The notes under the pieces are model-generated. The model ran no database searches. It saw only the letters and a list, made by a program, of their open reading frames with translations, and was not told the origin of the DNA. A program made the position numbers and the translations under genes. A DNA stretch of 64,000 nt from Phallusia mammillata (lineage: Eukaryota). Positions 14,901 to 26,000 of the stretch are shown here, piece after piece (the first letter of the stretch is position 1; each line of letters opens with the position of its first letter). The stretch is from the NCBI GenBank assembly GCA_965637545.1, contig OZ281496.1:28024001-28088000 (forward strand). The letters are read 5' to 3'.

Positions 14901-15767
14901 GAGCAAAATCTGGATTGTAGTTGTCCTCTTGGTCAGCTAAAAAAGAAACACGTTACTTGAAGATTAAATGGTTGAGATAAGTGACGTTTATGTATTTGAA
15001 AGATTTCAAATATGTTTCTTAAATGGATCCATGAAAGAATTTTGATATAGGACGTATATTTTCTGGTGATTTAACATGGTATATTAGCTGAAAAATCTAC
15101 ATGAGACCAATATTTTGAGTAGGTTTTTGTTTGTTGAAAGATGCATACATTTTGCACAAACAAAAAGACATCGTCAGTACCTTATACTCAAACAGAACCC
15201 CTGTAATTGGCAACGTCATATTAAACATGGAAATCAACACGCAGTGCCCTCACCTTGAGCAAGGTCGTCGCCCGAATCGCGTTCTAATGTTGTGTTACGA
15301 GTCCGGAAATCTGTTCCCACGTCGCTTTGCTGAAGACGTTTCTTCTCCACCGCCTCGAACAGTTTCTTAGCGTTCTTCTCACCAGCAGAACTTCCCCGAA
15401 ACGACGTTGCGTTCTTATTGATTCTAGCTCCGAGACGGCTTAACACCGATTCCATGTTTCTGTTGACAATCAGCTTGCTCTTGAGTTCGCTGACCGGTTC
15501 AAGGTCATGGTATTTGACCTTTGAACCAGCGTGACCTTGACTACGCAGTTTAGCGGTGTGAACAACTGTCATCGGCACCACTGTGTACCGGGTGGGAACG
15601 GTGTCCACCCCGAAGTTCGCTACAGTTAACAGGGCCGACAAGAAGCAAAGGCTGGCTACAATGCTGAGGCATACAGATCGCGTGGTCGCTATACGAAGGA
15701 AGCATCCGAGTGTTTGCTGGGCATTGTCCTTGGTTGACGGAGAGCGCTGAAGCTTGTTGAGCAGCAT
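8955..15767 (-). CDS. Golgi carbohydrate 6-O-sulfotransferase (CHST1/CHST3/GlcNAc6ST family), 7 exons, about 555 aa
   Basis: Exons 15767-15254, 14936-14751, 13005-12741, 11806-11689, 11367-11287, 10868-10690, 9279-8955 join in phase. N-terminal type II TM (VCLSIVASLCFLSALLTVANF); 5'-PSB YRSGSTFLGQLF..H; YTFEPL; 3'-PB IIHLVRDPRG..SR; RYEDLA. Confidence 0.9.
9495..10496. mobile_element. Non-autonomous hAT element of about 1 kb in the last CHST intron
   Basis: TIRs TAGGGTTGGCCCGATA / TATCGGGCCATCCCTA; 8-bp TSD GTAGTTAC at 9487-9494 and 10497-10504; GATACC subrepeats like those of the 4988 element. Confidence 0.85.
12000..12145. repeat. Dispersed repeat fragment (GGCCCGAATCAAGCCC family)
   Basis: GGCCCGAATCAAGCCC near 12090 recurs as its reverse complement (GGGCTTGATTCGGGCC) near 38163; ends not resolved. 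Confidence 0.45.
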
Positions 15768-18700
15768 TTTACAGGGTGAAGTTACACCAAATACAGCACT
15801 TGCCGCGATTCTATTTCAACGCCTTTGATTCCTGTAAATAACACTGCTGATTAATGATGAAATAGACGTAAAAAAACGACATTTGGGCCGTTATTTCATC
15901 ATTTTACGTATGTGTTCCAAAAGTACTCTTGTAATCAAACTTGACTTGACTGCTACATTTGCAACTTTCCTTAAAGCGAACATTGAGTCTGTTCATCTGA
16001 TAAGAAGTCGTAGGACTTCTAATATACCAGTAGCCGTGTTGGCTAGATAAGCCAAAAACAAAACTTTAAAAGTTTAAAACACAACTTTTAAACCTGGTCG
16101 GCCTGGCACTGAAGGTATGAAACTGACCTTTGTGGAAGCTGACAGTAATAATTCACGGCGTCCGTGTACCCATGGTTTTTCCCACATAAATATTAAACAA
16201 CCATCAACAAACAGTTCTTTCACACGGACGTTTAAAGATGCCTTTCCCTTTTAGGTGAGTATATCTACGACTTGTAAATCTTTATCGGCCCAATTATTAT
16301 ATACAACCGAAAATACATTCCGTGTCGCGCTTCTGGCTGTTAACATTTGTCAACAATGGCGACAACTGTTAACCCGTCCGACTAATTTACATGTTGGATT
16401 TGCGAATGGCATTTCCTGTTGACAACGTCAAGCACATATGCTATCCCCTTGCATGATTGAAACGTTCATAACGGTTTACATTCCAAATTTAAGCCAAGAC
16501 AAACAAAAAAGACGACTAGTTTTTGTATCAGCAAACTCAAGTTCACATAGTTGTAGGTTTTTAAGTTGTAGGTTAGTTATCAGCACAGACAAAGCGCATG
16601 TCACATTAAAAACCACAAACAGACTGGGAAAAGCAATGGAATTTGCTATTATTGTTCGGCTCGTAACCGCCAATTTAATGCCTGAACGCTTCTGAGCAGC
16701 TAACAACTAGCTCCAGGAACAAAGCTGTGCCTTGTATTACAGATCAAGCATGTAGAGCGTTGTAGGCACAACCTCTTGCCTATCGAGCTTTAAAAACGAA
16801 TTAGGAAACACATTAAACATGTACTTTATTTTCACCTAACTTGCAGTCTTGCTACAGTCTAGCATTGCATTTTTCAGGAACAAACAAGCTCCACAACATA
16901 ATGTACCTTGTTTTGTGAACACACGCGTTACTAGCTCTCTTAAAATTGCCCCTGGCTACATTGGAATTACCTTTCTTATTTTGTCTTTTCTTTCCTGTGA
17001 ACCAAGACCAAATCACTCAGCTTTAAGCCTAGATCTTAAACTTTGTCGAGTCTTAAAACATGTCTGTGCAATTACACGCTGTCAGTGGTTTCATCCAGTA
17101 CCTCTAGTAATGTTGTGTTTACAAGTGTCTAGTCTGGTCCAGATTACTCTACTCTACATAGACTTTCTAGTTTTCTAATAGAAACTTCCTTGTTGAGCTT
17201 GATGTTACCTAGTATTTACGATAAAAATACATGCTTGTGCCTGTATTGACATCAACTTTTGACTGGAGTAAAATACAACAGACACAAGACTGGTGCTAGA
17301 AGCGGAAATAGGCCCGCAGGCTAGGCTAAGCTATGTGGTTTAGTGTAGTAGACTAAGAGCGCTTTTTCCTGTAAGCAAACTAGGCGGCTATATTACATCC
17401 GAAAATTCAGCACTTCCTGAAACTTGAATGTTTGTGACTTGCACTCTGCTAAACAGTAACGAAAAGTAGACAATTGAAAGCAGCAAGGTCTGGCTAACCA
17501 AGTATCCCCAAAGGCTACTTAAATTACTTTAATGCTTTATCGAAAGTGAAATTCCTTAATACATAATCATTTCTCATTCAGATATGCGAAGTCCCTGTAC
17601 ACCAGAGAACCACCACCAGACGCGGTTGACGGTGGCGGCTAGCGATGTCAGCGCCGGCGGTTGTTGGCGGATTTTGCGCGTAACGTTTGACGCGACGTTG
17701 ACCCTTCACACAGGCAGTGCGGTTGCCGTCGACGACTTTTGTTGCTAAGAAAACTGGGCCAATGTGCTTGACATATTTAGTGTTTCTACGTCTTAAGAAA
17801 GTTGCTACAAAATTCCGTTTAGTTTATTTTGTGACAAAATATAATGTTGATCATCATTCCACGGTAAAATGTTTCCAAAAACAATTGCAACAGCAACATT
17901 GGATTAAGTTTACTTCTGTCATTGCTGTTGAAACACACTTTCCTGTTTTACAGACACTTTATGTTTCAAAGTTGGTAATATAATAGCAATAACATAAATG
18001 AACACATTTTAGAAAACACAAGATTGCAGAAACGCAAAGAAAACAATCATATAACAACATACAAAAAAGCTTAAATGTAAAAAGATGCATTTACATTAAA
18101 CTTGCACATTGTTGCACAATTACAATGATGCTAAATGTTGTCAAATGCGAGAAAAAAACTTGTATTCTTTGGCTTGTGGCATACTTTTCTGAAGTTTGTA
18201 ACTTCATCAATTTGATCTGTGATGTTGGATGAGGTTTTTATTGGGAATTTGCTTTCCAAGTCTGACAAACATGTCACAAATTCATATCTTGAACTCTATG
18301 GAAATATATATGGAACAGTTGATCGGCAGAAACTACATTTTTATTCAAGTATACCAACCTGGAAATACATATATAACATTTTCTTTTCTTGCCATGAAGT
18401 TTATTGAACAGGTGCACTGGAGTTGCTGAATCAGTCATAGACATGTAGATTAGTAAAAGTTCCTACACTTCTGCAACAAATCATAGTTGTTAAAGGAGCA
18501 ATACATTTAGAACTTATACCAAAACTCACCTATGCATAGGCTCATATGAATAGTGATTCCATCCTGGTAAGATTTCAACAGCAGCACCTCTCTTGTACTT
18601 TTCTTTTTGCAAAGTAGTGATTAGATAATTACAAAATCATTTCGAAAAAAACCCAAGACTAAACAAAAAGCTGTGAATAGAAGTTCTTTAAACCACTGGT

Positions 18701-18911
18701 AAGAAAATTTTAGTATGTTTGTGTTCAGTATTTAATTTCAAACTGTTTAAACGACCATTTCAAACTAATTTACTAAAAACAGACAAAAAACAATTAAAAC
18801 AAGACAATTTGTACCAATACTACCAGTACTTCATTCTTATTTTCTTGGTAAAAACGATAAAACAACCCACCTACAAACAAAAAGACCTAAATCAAGCAGA
18901 AATGTATCTTA

Positions 18912-19129
18912 AACAAGTCGAGCACCCGCCGAATACCGAGTTTTTCATCCAGCAGTCTAGCGCGGCTGACGGAAAAGTTAAATCCGATTTAACTTTGCCG
19001 TCAGCCGTTTCAACCGAGAAAATCACGCCGTCACGGCAAGTCGCTGTCTGGTGTGAATACCCCGTCGCTTGCCGTCGAACGCAAAAACGCGTCGCTATCC
19101 GCCAACCGCGTCTGGTGTGAATCTTGCTT
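18912..19129. repeat. GC-rich, hairpin-rich element, probable non-autonomous DNA transposon
   Basis: 22-bp inverted arms 18963-18984 / 18986-19007 (1 mismatch); second inverted pair ACGGCAAG/CTTGCCGT; twice-repeated GTCTGGTGTGAAT; TTAA flanks both sides. Confidence 0.5.
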
Positions 19130-19520
19130 TAATGTCTCAATATATTACCGCTCTACAATTGCTAGGACTTCTGTACACCTTTCTCTGTGGATTAAATTAA
19201 TCTGTATGTGCTATTCACCACTCACGACCATTTTAAGATTAGTTCTTGCGTCACCCCGTACAATAAAAGCCGCGAAGAAAAGAATTTGTTTGTCGAGGGC
19301 CGTTCCAGCAAACAATCCTACTTTTGATGGTTACGTTTGTGCCGTAACGCTCTGCGTCAACCCGTTGGACCGTAAAACGCTTTGAGCCGTAAACCGCCCT
19401 TCGGCCTTCGACCTGTAAAAGAACGCGGCATTTACACTCGGGACTAAGTAAATGTGGGTGGACTGACCTACAGTAGCATTGGGTTAAGCAATATCACCCA
19501 AGAAGAAACTCCCTGGGTAC

Positions 19521-19710
19521 ACAATTCACGGTTTCCAATAAGCTTCATAGAAACTGACAAGTCATGTGTCGAATTAACACATTTGCAACTTCCCGACAAG
19601 CTTTGTTGTCATTTTATACCCAATTCACGGTTCCCAATAGCCTTCATAGAAAAATGACAAGCCGTTCGTTGAGGTAACACATTTTCTATTTCTCGACAAG
19701 CATTGTTTTT
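19521..19710. repeat. Two-copy tandem repeat, unit about 100 bp
   Basis: CAATTCACGGTT(T/C)CCAATA..CTTCATAGAAA..TGACAAG..AACACATTT..CGACAAGC occurs twice in tandem. Confidence 0.7.
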
Positions 19711-20047
19711 TATGCTCTATGAAAACCAAATAACTACCTTCTAGACTAGACTATTGAGGTGATTTGACTGTTAATTACAACAATATCACACTGCTTTTGA
19801 TCTTTAATGCAAACCGATTGAAATAACGCACTAAATCGGTTTGAAACTTACTTTAGTTTTAAATTTAAGACAGTGTGGCCCTCCAGGTATGACTGAAAGT
19901 ACAACGTTAGGCTTGGATACTAAAAGCTTGCTGAATACCAGCTATTTCGCAAAGAGCTATAATTTTTTTTTTCATTTCGCAATGGAACTTGGTCTTTGTA
20001 AACCAATTTCGCAATTGCGGAGGTGAAAAAGGTTTCTTATCATCAAC

Positions 20048-20431
20048 CATGGGCGCCTCCACGTAGGGGCAAGAGGGGGCACTTGACCCCCCCTGGAAAA
20101 TCAAAGTACCGCAAAATTACAACATTTTCTCGAAAAGTGGATGACTGAAAAACAATAATGCTCTAAGAAGGGAAGTGGAGATAGTCAAAGCAAATGTCAT
20201 TGTTTACATATCTGGTGTTGTTTCCATAGCATCTGCCGTTATTTTGTTTTTTAAACGGACAAAATGGTTCATAGTTGCGTGGCTGTACAGCGATTTTTCA
20301 TCGTTGACGCAAATCTAGTGCATATATTTTATGTCAGGTGTACATAATTACTTGATATACTAATCTATCCCTGCAAGCGTGCTTTTGTCAAAATTTGACC
20401 CCCCCTGGAAAAAATTCTGCCGGCGCCCATG
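20048..20431. mobile_element. hAT-type MITE
   Basis: TIRs CATGGGCGCC / GGCGCCCATG; 8-bp TSD TCATCAAC at 20040-20047 and 20432-20439; internal TTGACCCCCCCTGGAAAA repeated. A related left end lies at about 26051. Confidence 0.85.
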
Positions 20432-21318
20432 TCATCAACACCAGGTGATCGGTAAATGTTCACTAAGACAACAGTTCCCATAGAATTAGCGATCTGTATG
20501 GAGAAAGGAACGGTATTGAACCGGCGATGATTGTTTACCTAAGGGGAGGAATCTTTTGGAATTTCGTACAAGGAAAATCATCAATCATTGGTTGCTTAGA
20601 ACCTAAAGGATTTGTTCAAAGTGCGTTTAAACTCATTATCTGCCGTGGACTAATATCACACATCAAAAACGTTTCAATAAATTGTCGTTGAAGGACCCAA
20701 GGCCTACCAGCACCAGAACTATTAATGCGAAAGTTTGCCGAGACAAAAAGTCTTTCTTCTTGTTCATACATACTAACGATGCTGTAAAAGCGAAATACAT
20801 ATCTTTGAAACTGAAGGATGAACGACTGCATGTTTTTTTTTCTGAACTTTCATTCATTTGGCTTAATCACAAATTAAAACAAAAATGAAAAAACTGTGGT
20901 GGCAAATCAACAACAAGTAAATAGTTGTAAATAATCATAACAAATGGTAAAATTCAGCAACCTGGCTGCGTTAAAAAAAGTGCACACTGCAGTTACTAAA
21001 CCTGGCCTTAACTTTCCAAATTCTTTATGCTTTTGTTAAATGTTTACTTAGTTTGAATTTGCAAAGAGTAGATATTCTTGCAGTATAGTTTGCACAATTA
21101 AATATCGAAACGATTTGCTGTTTTGAACGTAAAGTACTGTTTTAAACGTTTATCGGCCTGTTTGCTAATCAGTGATTGATTAGTAATCACCTTCAATGAA
21201 ATTTGAAAAAAGATTTACATTAGACTTATTTTATTTTCACGTTTTGTCAGGTATTTTTACTTATATCTAAGTTACATATTTAGAACAGTTTTATTTTTTT
21301 CCCTCTTAGACATTAATA

Positions 21319-21595
21319 CAGGGGTCGGCAGCCTTTTAAGTGCTGCGTGCCGAATAACTTGTTATTTTCATGTGGTAATGGCTTCGCTTGCCAACATTTT
21401 TGTGGGTAATAGTTGTGCCATGTGATCTCAATATTAAGCAAAAAGAAGAGCGTTTTGTGCATATAGGCTGAATTTTAAGACAGTGGCAAGATAAATAACT
21501 GAAAAAAATCGGTTTGGCGTGCCATGCAAAAATCACGTCACCTTGACACGCACCTTGATCACCTTGACACGCGTGCCAGGGGTTGCTGACTCCTG
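21319..21595. mobile_element. hAT-type MITE
   Basis: TIRs CAGGGGTCGGCAGCC / GGTTGCTGACTCCTG; 8-bp TSD CATTAATA at 21311-21318 and 21596-21603. Confidence 0.8.
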
Positions 21596-21607
21596 CATTA
21601 ATATTAC

Positions 21608-21772
21608 CAGTGGTGGGATTCAGCCTATGGAATCGTCTCACGAATTTTTATGAGATCAGCGAACCGGTTAGCATTACTGGTTACTGTCAATGGACTTTTT
21701 GTAATAGAACCGGCTGAAAAATAAGACGTTTGTGATTGAACCGGCTAACAAAAAGTTTGAATCCCACCCCTG
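21608..21772. mobile_element. hAT MITE family A, copy 1 (CAGTGGTGGGATTCA TIR)
   Basis: Reverse orientation relative to the copies at 27055, 48899 and 60265; TSD degraded (AATATTAC / AAAACTAC). Confidence 0.85.
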
Positions 21773-23065
21773 AAAACTACTGATGGGTATCTTACCCTAC
21801 GAAGCACAAAAGTAGTGGGTACGGATAAGGTGTGAAAAATATAGTGACAAAGTAAAACTTCAGTTATGGTTGGCCAACACCGTGTCAAAAAATGTCCCAG
21901 GGAGTGTTATTTGTCCGTCTTCCAATTTCGGGTTTGTGCTTTGCTGGCAATTCCTTTTGTGCAATTGCCATGGGAACAAGTGGCCTTCAGTTGTTTTGAT
22001 GTCAAACATTAAGGGGCTTTGCATATTTTCGCAATGCACAAAACGATACTAAATATTCCGAAGTTGAACTGCTGTAGTCATTTTTCCACGAAACATGGCC
22101 ATTTAGTGACTGTTCAAATTTAAACAGGCGGTATTTGCTCTTCCAAATGATCTTTAGTAAACAACGCTCGACAACAAATTTCTACATGACACATATACCG
22201 GACGTGCAGAAATAAGCCTTGATCATCACATACGTTTTCGCTGCCTTAGCAACAAAAAAATGCAAAGTGCACTATTTTAAGCGGAAACATTTTTGGGAGC
22301 AAAAACTCTTCTGTGGACCGACAATACTACTTGTTGTCGCTTTGAAAGAAAGCAACACACACAGAATCGTTTTACGAGGCGTTTCGGCGGGTGTGGACTG
22401 ATTTCGGTTGAGGGAGTCAAGTCCTCGGACGTTTTTCTTGTCTTGAAGAAAGGCTTTATTCTGCGAAGCTTGTCGGCTCAGCATGTACAGTTATTGCAAA
22501 AGTAGTACTGCGTGACTGCAGCATCTAGCGGGCTTAATACTTTGAAACTGTTTGCAAAGGTAATGAAAAAAATATTTGATGGTTTTATTAGGGTATCAAT
22601 ATGCGCATTTTTAGAAGACTATTATTTAGTATAAGAAAACTAATTGTATTTAGTCGAATATCAAAGTATTGGACAAACTTTAATGCCTAATTCTGTTGCA
22701 AAAGTTTCAACAATCAATCTATGTGTTTGTAATCGGTACAGCATATTTAAGCATGTATCATTTCTTTCCAAAATATAAGTCACTAATCGATGAATATAAG
22801 TTTCATTCTGGGTTTAGAAGAGAGCTTAGTATTTTGTTTGTTTGTTTGAAGAAAACCTAGCGACGCATCAAAGCAATACCAAGACGAAACTAAGCAACCT
22901 CTTTGGTGGTGGGGCCACAAATAGTAAGTTGAGGTTAAATGTTTTTTGGGGGCCGAACTTAAAATGTTTTTTCAATTACAAAAAACGTGTAGACTAATCG
23001 CTTTAACTTTTCAAGCTTTGGTTTGTTCTGCAAAAGATTTGGCGGAAGATAGAGAAAAGACAAGA

Positions 23066-26000
23066 ATGAATTTCAAATGTGTTCTGATCCCATGTCTTTC
23101 AATTGCAGCAGCGTGTTTCATAAACTTTGTTGGTAAGATGCTCGAAAAAGATCCACTGTAACACTTTTATAATTTCGAAGTGAACATTTGTAAACGAAAA
23201 AACTAAGCGTAAAGAGCTCACAAAATCTGATAGCTATTTCCATGCGATACACAGAAGCAACATATGAATATGGTGTGATTTGATTTTTCTCAAATTGATG
23301 TTTTTCTTAGACTGTGACTTGGTGCCGAGACATTCTATTGTGAAACCTGGGGAACGTTTCACCAAAACGTGTACTTCGGCTGGAACAGAGGTGTGGTTTT
23401 AGAGTTTAGACTAATGCACCACTAAGTTTATTATTAAGTCTGAAAATGCCTAAACTTTAATTAGTCATAAAGAAGGGTAGAATATCTTAAATTATACGTC
23501 GCTATACGCAGTGGTGCTTTGTTACCAGGGTGAACTCAATTCGTAGAACGAGAAATGTAATTTCAAACACGGCAACTTTTTTTTTCGACCTTTTTTTGCA
23601 ACGACAATCATATATTTTGAAGTATAAAAACCTTATGGAATGATTGGACTTTGGTAGCACGTGTTTATTTTACGCGTGGGTTTTTATAAAAGTTGGAAAC
23701 TACCAAAAAAGTTGTGGAATTTTGATGGTAAGACCCTAGAATTTGGGTTGTTGTCGGCAAAACAATTTGGGTGAACAAAGGAAATTTGTCTGGTCGTCCA
23801 CGGTAGCTGGGGTTTATAATTGTTTGCGCACCTAAACCAACTCAATGCAATTACAAGACTTGGTGGAGTGGAAAACAGGCAGTCTTCCAGCGCCTTCTAT
23901 AACCACAAAAAATATGCTGGGCTGCATTTCTCCCTTGCAAGGGAGTATTGTTGAGCTCTGGTTCATTCCTTACCCGTGTATGGAGCTGGTGAAGCTAAAC
24001 TTTAAAAGAAAGATTTCAGATAATTTACCCGATTTCGATCCCAGCTCTTGAAATATTGTAAACAACATCAACAGACCCATATTTGGTCCCCGAATCACGT
24101 CGGTTTAAAACATTTAAATTCAACTTCTATTTTGGTCAACACTAACCTCCAAAGATGGAAGCAGACAGTTTTTCAATACCACCTATCTTTGAATAAGCTT
24201 ATTACAAAAAAATAACGAGATTAAGCTGTTAGTTTTTCCTACATTTCCGTGACTTTCTGCAAAGATTTTTAGTGAACAAATCGATGCTATTTTGTATTAT
24301 GTTGAGACCCACCTTCATCTTTACACATATTTTTTGTCTTTAATTTTAAATTTATAATTTTTATTGCAGCTAGATCACTGGAAAGTTGGCGGAGTAAATT
24401 TCACAACTAGCCATAAAAATGGCAGCACACATTCAGTAAGTTTCCATCACAATTTACCAAAATGCCCAACGATTGCGTTTTTCAGCAATGACACTGTCAA
24501 AATTTGTTTGTCACAGATCACGTGTTTCTTTGGGCCAATGGGAGCGAAGGTGTTGAAATCGGTGCATTGCAAGACAACTTCAGAAACATGGGTTCAGGCA
24601 AGTTTCTTGTTTTAGTTTTAGCCCGATTCAACCTCAAAGTTATGTATGGCCTAACATGAACCAGATTTGCAGAAGTTGTGTATACATTAACAGGCAATCG
24701 TGCGTTACATAAATCTTTAGGGCACAAATCCAACCTATGTGCCTATGGTTTGTTCATTGCTACCTGTTTTTATTTCAAGACTTGTTGATAAAAAGATTGT
24801 TGTACTTATAACATTTAAAATAATCAATGATAGGTCTGACAAACATTTGGAACATTTATCTCCCAATGCTAGAAAAACAGTTTTTCTCATGACGAGATGA
24901 AAGTTATAAGTATCACAAAACTCATAGAACTCATTGTTTTTGTAGAAACAATTGCCTAATGATAAACGGATTCCTATAACTTTGTTTGCCAATCCTTACT
25001 ACTGCATTGCGAACGGCGTTCGAGTTGGCTCCAACGTCCACATAGCCAGTGAGTCTGTCTTTGTTAATTTTACATCAGTAGCCCAATGAAATATGTAGTT
25101 TTGCAACCAGAGTAGCGAAACTGTTAAACAGTATTGTATTGTATTTTGTTCACGTACATCTTGACGCAATAAACATATTGACCAGTTATGGTAATGTGGC
25201 ACGAGAAAATCAGGTTACAGTTGCGAAAACTTAGCGCTTGTAAATACGTTAAAATAATACCAAGATAATGTTGAATAAATTTGAATTATTTCTTGTAAGC
25301 TTTCATCAAAAATGCCTTGTCATACGTATGTCGTCACATTGCGTTTCGCAATGAAAGAAAATACCTTGTCACTATCAAACGTCTATGAGCAAATAAATAC
25401 CGTCGGAGGATTCAAGTTCGGACGTTGTAAACAAGCTTTAAACAAGAAAGTTTCTCACAAACTTTTATCGAACTTGTTTTACTACCGCATTGTACATAAT
25501 TCTGCAAACTTGACAACATTCTTAGTGCCCCCTGTCGCTCCATTTAACGTGTCCTGCCTCTTAAACGGAAACACGGAGATATGGTGTTGGTGGGGAATCC
25601 CCGAACGTGAGGAGATTGGAAATGAAATTCTCGATTACTCAACTAAGTACAACTTGACCATTCGCTCGCTGGACAGGTGGGCTAGCAAACTTTCTTTTAA
25701 AAATAAGTAACAATGGATTTGGCTTGATCAAACACAAAAAAACCTCTCACATAATGAAGGCACTGTACTACAGTTTTAGCAATAGCTATTCCATTTAGAA
25801 GTAAGTCATAGTTTCTGATACCTCTGCATATCTTGAACTACCAACGGTACTTCGAATGCAACACAAAGATTTTACCTAACAACCTCGGTTTTTGAGTGCT
25901 ATCAATGTTTGTACTTAATAAGTTATAACCAAATTGATCTCATTTTATGCAAACATTAAAAGTTTTTCTCGACAAACTGGTGTGCCGTAATGTAGTTAAC

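Noticed and set aside
17577-17760. GC-rich segment after an AG acceptor as a possible first coding exon
   Set aside because: All three plus-strand frames stop within about 55 codons, and the receptor's signal-peptide exon is at 23066; treated as repeat-derived.
22219-22505. Several short overlapping ORFs upstream of the receptor
   Set aside because: No signal peptide or domain; possibly 5' UTR or regulatory sequence.
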